DNA from: Tubiluchus corallicola
Taxonomy: Eukaryota > Animalia > Priapulida
Direction of reading: 5' to 3'
Assembly (NCBI GenBank): GCA_030141605.1
Contig: JAQGDQ010000546.1
Coordinates: 81,217-145,216 of the forward strand
Length of the DNA: 64,000 bases
Under the pieces are notes generated by a model. It searched no databases. It worked only from the letters and a program-made list of their open reading frames with translations, and had not been told where the DNA came from. How positions within the stretch are numbered: position 1 is the first letter of the stretch; every line of letters begins with the position of its first letter. Shown here piece by piece: positions 40,920 to 51,460 of this stretch. A program made the position numbers and the translations under genes.

Positions 40920-43919
40920 TTACATGTCACATGGTTGTGTATCAGCAGCTTTTATCACAAGTGGTTTTGCTAGTTCCATCTCAATAGGCTGAATGGCAGT
41001 AAACTGAATTTCACATGGTTGTTCGTCTTTTTCAACGAATGCAGCGGCAACAGGAAATGACGGGACGTTCACATATACAAGTTTTTCAGGGCTTTTTTGT
41101 ATTGGTAACTCTAAAACAACCTTCGGTTCAGATGACTGTACTGCGATTTTCTCTAGCTCACTTAGTACCTGTAGCAAGTCCACCCACTCTTTTGATACTT
41201 TAGGCACCTTAAATGGAACTTGCCTGTCATGGAGCTCGTGGATGTCTAACATCATCAAAGGTCGTTTTGTTGGAATGTCAGCATTTTTAATATGAAGACT
41301 TATAGCATCGGCGCATTTTTCCCTCAAGTACAAAAGTGGGAAACGTGGCTCAAAGAACTTCATGTTCAAGCCGCATAGGATATTTACATCTTTCATGTAA
41401 CAGTGAGGCATGAAACCAGTTTTACAGCACTTCGAAATGTACTTGAAGATTTTAAGTATCTGTTCTTTGACGTTGTGTTCATTCCATGTTAGTGCTTTTG
41501 AATTGGCAACACACTCCAAAAATGCTGTCTTCAATGTATACGAATCTAGAAAGTCTCCGGGATAAGTCTGAGTATGTGAAAACAATTTATATACATTTAT
41601 CCCAGGATACCTTGCTAAGGGGAGAACAAGTTCGTTTTTATAGTATTCACTTAACTTATCTTCCAAGTATGATACGGTAATTCTGGAGTCAACATTGTAC
41701 AGTTGCTCCTTGGTCAATGTCTTTGCTAATATCATTATGTCCTTGTGTTGTTGAGATAATGCTTTGATATGTTCCTTCTCGGCAAAGCTAGTACTCACGA
41801 TCCATATGATGTCGCGTTGGTTTTCTTCAATTTCAGGATCGTTGGCAGGTTTTGGTACTACATGATAATATTTGACGTCTGGGTATTTTCTGCTGATTCC
41901 TAGGGGTTTACCACTAACTTTTAATGCTGGCGAAATGTCCACAGCTATCTTTAGTGGCTGATTAGTTAATGGACTACGGTAGAGCAGGGTGAACGTGGTA
42001 CAGACCTTGTTCCATTCTAATATTGCACCATCAGTAGATATTGGCTGTAGCTGTAAATCTGGTTCATTGAAAACAGTAAACATGGAGTCACACAGCAAAT
42101 CAACAAATTTGTCTTTCAGTTTGATCTGAAGATAGCCGTCTCTCGTATAATTTTTGAAGCTGTTATCTTTCATTCTGATTTTTACATATCCTGGTCGGTT
42201 TGCTTCTACCATAACTTTTTCAGACATTCGTGTTAAAACGAAGAAATAGTCAAATTCATCTGGCGACCAGCACTTGATGCCACATGAACTGCTTCCAACT
42301 AGAACATGATCGGTTTCATAATTTGGTGACCGTTTGCTCATTGTTCTGCAAACTTTTTCCATTAATTTATTTACGGCTTCTCTAATTTCATTGAATTCCT
42401 CTAAGCTACGTAACTGTCCAATTGGAAATAGATCAGTTATACCACCGTCATTTTTATCTGACAGAGATTTAATTTTATCAAATTTGTCTGCTTCGTGAAT
42501 CATTTCATAAGTATGTGGCACATCTTTAATTCCAGAAAGGTATTGCTGTTCATATAGAAACCCAATAATCTTCCGCAAAGGCTTGGTGCCACTTGTAATG
42601 TCTCCAAAGTTACCTTGTTCCACTATAAGATCCAGAGCTGTCCTGCCTTCACTGTTAACAACATTTATGTTAATGCCGTGACTAATCAATTCTTTCACAA
42701 TTTCAATGTTAAATGTATGATACAAACCTACGCAGTGCAGTGCAGTGTTGCCATTGCAGTCTGTTTGGTTTACGTTTTGTGCTTTTTTCAATAACAATTT
42801 GAGAATATCAATATTATTATGTTCAACTGCACCATGAAGTGGCCTGTACAGGTGTATGCAACTTTGTGCATCATGATGTTCCTCGACTGGAGTGTCATTG
42901 TCATCAAATTCTATCTTTGCGTCATATTGTAGTAGAAGTTTTACTACTTCAACATGAGTGTTATGAATAGCAATATGAAGAGGCGTCCACCAATGGCAGC
43001 TTTTAGCATTCATGTCTGCCCCTTTTTCCACCAGTAACCTTACCACATCTGCATGGCCCTTACCTGCAGCTGCATGCAGAGGAGTACGTCTGTCATAGTC
43101 TCTAGATTCTAGCCGTGCACCTCTTTCCAACAGCAGTTTCGCAACTTCTTTAAGACCTCTTTCAGCTGCAGTGTGTAAAGGTGTCTGCCCAAAACAATTT
43201 TTCGATTCTAAGTCTGCATCTAGTTCCAAGAATATTTCAACTTCTTTAGCATCTCCTCGTCTTGCTGCATAATGGAGTGGCGTATAACCATCATTGTCAT
43301 TTTCAATATTCACTTTCGCTTCATAAGCTAACAGCATTTTAACAATGGTCGAATGCCCCCTATGTGCTGCCGTGCATAAGGGTGTACGTCCAAAGTTGTT
43401 TTTCTGTTCTGTTTGTGCTCCCCGCCCGAGCAACAACTTAACAACTTCAACGTGACCATGCTCTGCTGCTTGGTGCAGAGGCGTCCATTCAGGAATACCT
43501 ATAGCATCTATTTCTGCTCCTGCTTCTAACAGTGTTTCAGCAACTGTATCGTGTCCATTTGATGCTGCTCTGTTTAAAGGTGTTTCTCCACTTTGATCCC
43601 TGGAATCTAATTGAGCTCCATTTTCCAGCAACAATTTAACCATTTCACAATTTCCCAGAGATGCAGCTGTGTGCAGAGGCGTTTCTCCAAACACGTGCTC
43701 TGTGACTTCTAACTGTGCTCCTTTCTCTATTAGCATTTTAACAATTTCAACACGTCCACTTGAAACGGCAGCATGGAGCAGTGTTGCTCCGAAATCGTCT
43801 TTGTTATTCACATCTGTTCCAGCATCCACAAGCGCTTTAACTTTATTAAAATCTTCTTTCTGAACTGCAGAGTGTAACAATGTATTTTGCTTAGATGTTT
43901 TTGTTAGACTTTTTCCCAT
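40920..43919 (-). CDS. Ankyrin-repeat / cGAS-like (Mab-21, cGLR) nucleotidyltransferase fusion protein, ~1000 aa
   Basis: 12-13 ankyrin repeats (GxTPLHxAA...L) at ~43890-42620, then VLVGSSSCGIKCWSPDEFDY (GS-x11-E-F-D), IAVDISPAL, WIVSTSFAEKEHI, LDSYTLKTAFLE and MPHCYMKDVNIL, in cGAS/Mab-21 motif order. First in-exon ATG at 43919; splice acceptor at 43952-43953; possible in-frame micro-exon at 44326-44317. Confidence 0.9.
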   Translation of the reverse strand: MGKSLTKTSKQNTLLHSAVQKEDFNKVKALVDAGTDVNNKDDFGATLLHAAVSSGRVEIVKMLIEKGAQLEVTEHVFGETPLHTAASLGNCEMVKLLLENGAQLDSRDQSGETPLNRAASNGHDTVAETLLEAGAEIDAIGIPEWTPLHQAAEHGHVEVVKLLLGRGAQTEQKNNFGRTPLCTAAHRGHSTIVKMLLAYEAKVNIENDNDGYTPLHYAARRGDAKEVEIFLELDADLESKNCFGQTPLHTAAERGLKEVAKLLLERGARLESRDYDRRTPLHAAAGKGHADVVRLLVEKGADMNAKSCHWWTPLHIAIHNTHVEVVKLLLQYDAKIEFDDNDTPVEEHHDAQSCIHLYRPLHGAVEHNNIDILKLLLKKAQNVNQTDCNGNTALHCVGLYHTFNIEIVKELISHGININVVNSEGRTALDLIVEQGNFGDITSGTKPLRKIIGFLYEQQYLSGIKDVPHTYEMIHEADKFDKIKSLSDKNDGGITDLFPIGQLRSLEEFNEIREAVNKLMEKVCRTMSKRSPNYETDHVLVGSSSCGIKCWSPDEFDYFFVLTRMSEKVMVEANRPGYVKIRMKDNSFKNYTRDGYLQIKLKDKFVDLLCDSMFTVFNEPDLQLQPISTDGAILEWNKVCTTFTLLYRSPLTNQPLKIAVDISPALKVSGKPLGISRKYPDVKYYHVVPKPANDPEIEENQRDIIWIVSTSFAEKEHIKALSQQHKDIMILAKTLTKEQLYNVDSRITVSYLEDKLSEYYKNELVLPLARYPGINVYKLFSHTQTYPGDFLDSYTLKTAFLECVANSKALTWNEHNVKEQILKIFKYISKCCKTGFMPHCYMKDVNILCGLNMKFFEPRFPLLYLREKCADAISLHIKNADIPTKRPLMMLDIHELHDRQVPFKVPKVSKEWVDLLQVLSELEKIAVQSSEPKVVLELPIQKSPEKLVYVNVPSFPVAAAFVEKDEQPCEIQFTAIQPIEMELAKPLVIKAADTQPCDM

Positions 43920-46208
43920 ATTGACTTGTAGTAACAAAATTAGACTTCCTCCTAAAAATAAATCAATTTTAGTGTCTAAATGACTAACACAGCGAATTGG
44001 AAATAATTGCGGCAACTTTTTATAAACTTACATGAACAAAGTTGCAGTTGTTCAGCAAAGGCAAATATAGCGCACGTTACACATATTTTGATAACAATTA
44101 CTGGAATATGTGGTCGGCAGATGAACAAATTTTTACTAAAGATTGTTTCTTTCAACAAGAAATAAACAACAAGAAGTTATGGTGTTCAAAAACTCGCTAA
44201 TTTTTTATCAATATTTCGAATTATCTCATCTTCAGGATTATAATTATAATACTGAAAAGACAAGTAAAAACTTTTCTTATAAAAATTATTTGGAATGTAT
44301 CAAGTAAATGGCTTACTCGCCATCATTTAAAGAATTTTCACATCTGCAATAAAATATAATCTGCTTATATACGCAGTCCACATAATGCGTTGCTACGTAT
44401 GCCGAACAGGTATGATATGTAACTTAATTTACTGAAAGCAAATGATAATATAACACACTTGTGCTTGCTAGACTATACTTTACCGAAACGTAAAAATGAA
44501 ATGGACTGTTAGACTTTAACAAAGCGAGTGCTTCGGTTCATTTCTTTGTTTTCTATGTAAAGTGTGTGCATAATTCTCTCATTCTGGCCATCACTATATT
44601 ATTGTTATCACTTATCTTCAGTAAATTAAGTAATAATTTCCAACTGTTCACCAAATGTTGCAACTCATATATTGACTGTATATATAATCAGATTATTATA
44701 CGTTACATATAATATTATATATTATATGTAAATATTCTCGAGCCTGATGAAAAGCAAGGCAATTGCAAATAAATTGCAAGCGAAACCTTGCAAATAAATT
44801 CATATAATTATGATTGTCTGAGCAGCATCATCATCATATATATATATATATATATATACATATATATATGAAAAAGAAGCGACAGACAATAGAATAGAAT
44901 AGAACAGAATAAGGTACAACTCAATTTAATATAACACAATATACAAAGGTAATAAAAGTAATGTTCCTTAGTTAATTAAAATTTAATATCAACGAACTTT
45001 TTAACAACATGACTTGGTCATTTCCAGTTGGAAGAAACAATTAGTAAAGCTTATTTTGTTAATGCTAATAAACTGGATACTGTACTATTGTATGTTTTGT
45101 TGTGTTGTTTGGTTTAAAAAGTCCTATATTGTCTGTAGAACTATTTAACTTTTGAAGCAATTTAGTTTATCTTACAGAAAGGCGGTAATTGAAGGTTAAT
45201 TGTGTGAAGAATTATTCTAGGTTAAGTAAACTAGCGCTAATGCTTGGGACTGTTGAATTTGAAGCCATGGGTGTGTCTCGTGGTCACTACATAATTTTCA
45301 TCTTTAAAGGATTTGTAATACACTAGGCAGAATGGTGATGGTGAACTAATAGGAACTATTTAAGTTTTAAGGGAAATTTTTACAAATAAATTAGTAGCAG
45401 GATAAAGCACAAGTTACAGAAAAGACAGAGAATCAAACGTTAGTCTACATATATCACACGAATATAAAAGATTACAAGCTATATATTTATCTTACCACTA
45501 CGCCGCTCATTATATACGTCCCAGATCTAATAAAAATTGTACTGTGGCAGGTAATCATTTAGTGCTAGACTACCTGTTTATCCACACTGTTCAAAATCAA
45601 ACTTGTTTAGTTTACAGACTATTCTACAGCCCGAAGCTAAAAGTTTGCTCTCATTGGCTGAGGTATTTGTAATGTCTAGTTGGTGACGTTAAACATCCTG
45701 TTCTTTAATCACTCTGAACAGGAATACTGTATAATACTTTGACTCAAACGTTAAACCAGTTGAATAGACTGCTTAATTACCAACACGGCCTAGAAAAACA
45801 GTAATGCAAAGACGACGAAAAGACAACGTTATCTCTATCAAAAGTTACGAATGCAAAATTAATAATTTAAAAAAATAATGTGTCAACCAATTAGTGTAAA
45901 TGTTAGATGTAGCTTTATCATATAATGCAATTTGTGATTTTACACGTGAAAGTAATTCTAGAAGTAAAATATAATTTAATATGCATTATTTTGTGTAATA
46001 TGTGTGATGTAATGTAATGGCATTCAGTGACAGAGCAGCTACCCAATGCGGGTAGTTATGGCAGGATTGGAGCCTGTCTTTTTACCAAGGTGATCTTCTA
46101 AGCTAAGATGAGGCACTAAATCAATAGAGGTGACTCAGTCATTTTTGGACTGTATGGTAGATAAGAACAGATGAATCAGTCCAAAACTTGTATTGAACCA
46201 GCGTTACC

Positions 46209-46210
<2 letters not shown>

Positions 46211-46294
<84 letters not shown>
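46211..46294 (+). repeat. (TAA)n microsatellite
   Basis: About 28 perfect units. Confidence 0.97.
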
Positions 46295-46296
<2 letters not shown>

Positions 46297-47034
46297 TTAT
46301 TTGGAAATACAAATACAATATCTAGAAACACTGAGAAAAATAGACATTAATAATAATGATTTAATGTTGATATGACAGCATGCATATAATAAATGGCAAG
46401 AACCAGAAGTAAAACTTGTTAGATGCTTGCACCATTGTAAACACGTCCAATAGCAATTGAAAAAAGAAGAAAAAACGAGGGTTTTTGGCAATTTTAAAAA
46501 AAAAAGTTGTGCAAAGCAAGATAGAAGTGATGGATAAAAGAATGTTCAAAAGGATAGGAAGAGTGGCTTGTGAAGATTCAGCTCATGAGATGGCGAAGTA
46601 CAGTACTCTGGATTCTACTCAAAAAGAACACGAGGTTTCACTGTTGCGTCACACAGGAACAATAGGTAGTTACCGAGACTAATTTATATAAGAAGCAAAC
46701 GGTAACATCCTTTTAGTGACCAAGCTTAGCTATGTTAAGCGCGTATACGTTATATGAAACCTTGAACATAAAGTTAGCAGAGTTTATGTCACCGAGCAGT
46801 ACCACATTTCAACTTTCATTTTCTCAAACACATGGCAAATGCTCATCTAAGCCTTCTGCAGGTTAAAAAATCTCTGATGTTTTCATATGTTCACTAAAGG
46901 GCCAGAAGTGGTGCTGAGAAACCAGTGACATAGCCGTGTCTAATTTTTTGCTGGTCTAACAGTTGTGTTTAACCGTCTTCTTTTATTTTAGAATTCTGCT
47001 TGCCCGACTGTTAGTTCTAGATGTAATAGTCGTT

Positions 47035-47196
47035 TGATGATAATGTTGATGATGACGATAGACTGACGACGATGATGTTGATGACGATCATGATGACGAT
47101 GATGATGGAGATGATGATGATGATGGAGATGATGATTATGATGATGGTGGTGATGATTATGATGATGATGATGCTAAGGATGATGATGATGATTGA
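47035..47196 (+). repeat. Degenerate (GAT)n tract
   Basis: GAT/GAC/GTT triplet run; explains the spurious poly-Ile ORF. Confidence 0.9.
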
Positions 47197-47573
47197 CATT
47201 ATCACTAGCTGAGCAATTTGTGGGATTTTCTTTATTAATTGTCATTATTCTTGGCAGTAAAGATTAAATATTTCTGCGGGTCGATCAGCATTGATTACAA
47301 TAAAGTACTCGTGCCTTCTTTGTTTATAAATGTTAGAGCATTTATTTCTATTTTATTATTACAATTCAGGTAATGTAATTTAAAACGAATTGTTATTTTA
47401 TGCTAATAAAATAATCTATCTGTCTAACAAAATGATTTCGGACACCAAGTCATAACGCAAGTGATCTGATAGTATGCTTAAATTACAATGCCGATTCAGA
47501 GTGTTCACATCAAGTTACGCTGCCATTTTTATTATCGGTTGATAACATGCATCTGTCTTGAGTGTCGGAACCA

Positions 47574-48593
47574 TTACCTGTACCCATTCTCAGTGTGCGT
47601 TGCTTGTAGCAACGGAGTAATCTGCTGCCGCTTCCAGAAGCATATAATACTCATGAGATTCAGTTTGATTCGTTCATCTTCAGCACCGTAGCAGATTGGA
47701 TTAATCGCAGCTTTCATATTGCTCACAGCTAGCAGTATAATGAGCAGACTCGCATAAACACAGTCGCAGATGATGTGAGATAAATAAGCGAAAAAGAACA
47801 GTACCCAAGTGACCAGAAATACTAGAATCAGAGCGAATATGGCGTGTGCCATCTGCTTGTCGTGCTTCAGCCATTGATCGGCGTCATCACTGACATTACT
47901 CTCGTCAAAAGCCCTCTGCCTGGCGCGTAAGTAAACGTAAATCTTCCACATTAGCACAAATAAAGCAACAATGAGTGACGATTGTTCAATGAGCAGTGTC
48001 GTCAAAGAAAACGCCATATTGGATAAAAAACTTGGCTGGCAATTTGCCAGGTCAGATATTTCGATATATTTCCATGCAGTAATGAAAGGTACGTAGAAGC
48101 AAGCGATCAACCATGAAACAGATATCTTTTGCAGAGCTCTGTATAACCTCTCTTTATCTCTGACGTCATCGTTGGGGTGAGCGGCCATCACAGAGCGGTC
48201 GTGAACCAGCAGAAAAAGAGCAAAATGTGACCCCAAAACGGCCACTGAAGCCAGACACATCCAAGCCTCACATGCGCTGATGAAGCGCCCCCCGTATTCG
48301 GCAAACAGAAAGAGGGCGTATCCTGTGGGAAGCACCACCAATGACATTATCAAATCAGAGATGGCCAAATTCAAAGTGTATAATTTATGCTGTGCTTTCC
48401 TGAGCTTTGAATCCGTGATATAGATAACAATGAAGACAATGTTCATGAAACCACCCGCTAGGATTATGAGCGCAAGCAGTACGCCAATCACAACAACTTC
48501 TGTTATTTTATAAGATGGCGGAGTAGGCGTTAAATTCGTCATAGCAAGTACACCTGCGCTCGTCTGATTCTCCATGTAATTAGTCGTTGACAT
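47574..48593 (-). CDS. Single-exon rhodopsin-like (class A) orphan GPCR, 339 aa
   Basis: Seven hydrophobic segments; TM1 Asn (GFMN), TM2 LNLAISD, TM3 Cys...HDRS, TM4 Trp, ECL2 Cys, TM7 NPICY; N-terminal sequons NQT and NLT. Confidence 0.92.
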   Translation of the reverse strand: MSTTNYMENQTSAGVLAMTNLTPTPPSYKITEVVVIGVLLALIILAGGFMNIVFIVIYITDSKLRKAQHKLYTLNLAISDLIMSLVVLPTGYALFLFAEYGGRFISACEAWMCLASVAVLGSHFALFLLVHDRSVMAAHPNDDVRDKERLYRALQKISVSWLIACFYVPFITAWKYIEISDLANCQPSFLSNMAFSLTTLLIEQSSLIVALFVLMWKIYVYLRARQRAFDESNVSDDADQWLKHDKQMAHAIFALILVFLVTWVLFFFAYLSHIICDCVYASLLIILLAVSNMKAAINPICYGAEDERIKLNLMSIICFWKRQQITPLLQATHTENGYR

Positions 48594-49251
48594 TTCTAGT
48601 TATATGTTACTCTATAGCTTTGTTAAATCATGAAGCTCTTTAATGCACGCTGAGCAGAACACTTCTTGGCTGATATTTTTCCAAAACCTTTTTTTCTAAA
48701 TTGCGCTAGTCTGATTTCATACAACTGTGACTTGAAAATGTCAACTCAAATTGCTCATCTGTTTTGTTCACCTGTATAAACAACAACAACAGCAACAACT
48801 ATTAGTTGTACGTCACGTATACAAGACAGATAACAAGCCCATCACAGCTACCGTATAGCAGCAAAAACATTTATTTTTAGATAATCTCCTGTGGCTGGTA
48901 GAAGACGGAAAGGTCTTCACTGTCTAAGAGAAATGTATTAATTAGACAGACAGAGAACAATATGGAAAAAAGATTTCAACAGCTGTTTTTGGGTGACCGG
49001 AATTTAGCTAACTTAGCTAAATGTCAGTCCTGTTTTTCATGCTTATTTTTTAGTTTTTTCCTTGAACTCTCAGTTTTAACTTTAATCACTAATCACATTC
49101 AAGATTTCTCATAATAAGACCTCGTTTTTAACTATTACTTACATTATTTCTAATCACCAAATAGTTTTCTATTCACTCAAGCAATTTTCCCTTAAAAACT
49201 GTAATAAATAAACAAAATTATTCTCGTCTTCTTTAGCCCAAACCATTGCCG

Positions 49252-49292
<41 letters not shown>

Positions 49293-50020
49293 TTTTGGGT
49301 CTATAAATTTTTGTTGCGTTTTTTATTTTTTGTTGTTCCCTCCAAAAATAATGGATTTTCATCATTTGTTTTTCTTCAGTTTTTCTCGCTTACAGACTTT
49401 TTATTGTTGTCATCAAAAAACGTTTCTTTCTGTGACAGTGATATATTGATAATGGCCATGTTATTTTTATTTGCAGTTACCGCTCATCAAACACTCATTT
49501 TAGTTCAAGCTAATGGTTTATTATGTTGCATACAAATCTTCTGATGTCCCCCAAATTGTGTTCTCTTGCTTAGATTATGTATTTAACTAATTTTATTATT
49601 TTTTCGGTTTTTGTTTATTGCCAATTAATTATTATTGTTTTATTATGTTTTTTCTTTATCGTTTTTGCTGTCCTACATCATCAATTTTTTACTATTGAAT
49701 ATTGTTCATTTTTATTAAACCTGCCATTTGTATGAAAGGACCGGAGACTAAAGACTAGGTGATCCTTTGGTCTCTCACTTTCCTACATAATTGCATTCAT
49801 TCAGTGCAATGCTTAACAAACATTATTGTTGTAAATGACACTTACCATTCATTTACTAACCAGGCCTAACGTTATCTATTCGCCTATCTGCTCATTTAAT
49901 TCGCACAATAAGTGACAATGAGTGAGCATTGTTTTGTCAGTTACCGTAGGATGGTTGATTAGCTGGTAAGTCAGTCGATCAGTCAGCACGTCGGTCAGTT
50001 GGATGGTAAAAAACTAATCA

Positions 50021-50770
50021 AACCAATTTCTTTCACACTCTTACCTCTAGGGAAGAAAAGCATGCTTTAGCTAACCTGGCTAGGACATAATGAAATGTTT
50101 ATAGCTAAAACCAACACAACTTTATTAAAAACTTTTACATTAAAAAGTTAAAATCATGCCAACCGTCTCGACTAGCTGGTGCTGTCATCATCAGTGGTAA
50201 ATTTATAAACACACAAACAGTTTATATAGGCAGAGCCTATTATGCGCTAATTAAGTGATTAACAGAAGTCAAATAAGTAATGAATAACCAGACCAGTAAA
50301 GAAAAGTTTGTCATTCGGTCAGTCACTCATTCAATCAATCAAACTGCTAGTCAAACTGCTAAGTTCTTGAAATCTTGAAATCTTGAAAGCAAAGTATTTT
50401 CCAACCAATTTCTTCCACACTCATATCCCTAGGGAAGAAAAGCATGATTTGGCTAACTTGGCTAGGACATAATGAAGTGTTTATAGTAAAAATAACACGA
50501 CTTTATTAAAAACTTTTACAATAAAAAGTTAAAAGTTAAAATCTAAAAAGTTTAACTTAAAAGTTAAAAGATTCTGGTCTAGTTATTCATTACTTATTTG
50601 ACTTCTGGTAATCACTTAATTAGCGCATAATAGGCTCTACCTATATAAACTGGTTGTATGTTTGTAAATTTACCACTGATGATGACAGCAGCAGCTAGTC
50701 GAAACATTTGGCATGATTTTAACTTTTTAATGTAAAACTTTTTAATAAAATCGTGTTGTTTTAAACTATA
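50021..50770. repeat. Local triplication: direct copies at 50021-50296 and 50403-50534, inverted copy at 50574-50770
   Basis: ctagggaagaaaagcatg...ggctaggacataatgaa is repeated directly; aatcacttaattagcgcataataggctct at ~50610-50638 is the reverse complement of agagcctattatgcgctaattaagtgatt at ~50232-50260. Confidence 0.9.
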
Positions 50771-51047
50771 ATGTAATGTCTCCATACGTTTTATAAGCAA
50801 ATCGCTATTTCGCGCCCCGTGCTCTTATGGGAGAGTGAGATGAGTGTGAATCTGGCAATGTGACATTTCAAGTGCGTACTGTAACATGTAAATAATTTAA
50901 AAAAGGTGTTGTTCGATTTTCACAACATTTTTGCATAATACTGAGGCGCTAGAAATAATTTGCCCTTATTTGCACACGCTAGGCGATCGATCTCAAGCCA
51001 ATTGTTGTGATTATTGTAAACCAACCGAGCCCTTTACATTACAGACA

Positions 51048-51460
51048 ACTGAATGAATGAATGAACGAATAAGTGAACGAACGAACGAACAAATGAATGA
51101 ATGAATGAATGGACGAATAAAAGAATGAACGAGTTAATGAATAAATGAGTGAATAAATGAATAATGAATGAACGAGTGAATGAATTAATTAATGAGTGAA
51201 TAAATGAATGAACGAACACGCAAACGAAGGAACGAACGAATAAGTAAGCAAATAAATGAAAAAATGAGTGAACGAAAAATGAATGAAAGAATGAATGAAT
51301 AAATAAATCAGTGAGTGAACAGACAGATGTGTTAATGAATAAGCGAAAAAACAGAAAAGCGAATGAATAAACGGAAGAACGAACAAACGCGTGAGAGAAT
51401 AAAAGAATGAACAAAAGAGTGAATAAACAAAGGAATGAACAAATGAACAATTAAATGAAT
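51048..51460 (+). repeat. Degenerate (GAAT/GAAC)n tetranucleotide repeat
   Basis: About 400 bp of gaat/gaac/aaat units; explains the F/H/S/I-rich spurious ORFs. Confidence 0.93.

Noticed and set aside
40920-40934. C-terminal CaaX prenylation signal on the ANK-cGLR
   Set aside because: The end is PCDM; the Cys is third from last, not fourth.
43920-44015. ORF-track N-terminal extension MPQLFPIRC...
   Set aside because: Begins at a non-ATG codon and crosses a polypyrimidine/AG acceptor at 43952-43953, so the part upstream of the acceptor is most likely intron.
47690-47730. GPCR as an opsin because of a TM7 lysine
   Set aside because: The Lys is five residues before the NP proline (7.45); the retinal-binding Lys of opsins is seven before (7.43).
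40920-48593. Bacterial CBASS-like operon or endosymbiont-derived ankyrin gene
   Set aside because: Context is spliceosomal animal DNA, the enzyme has the animal Mab-21-type SYxLKT lobe and an upstream splice acceptor, and no Cap effector or STING gene is recognisable in the window.
51034-51450. 138-aa hydrophobic ORF and regularly spaced repeats (CRISPR-like?)
   Set aside because: Degenerate GAAT tetranucleotide repeat with no constant repeat plus unique spacers, in a eukaryotic context.
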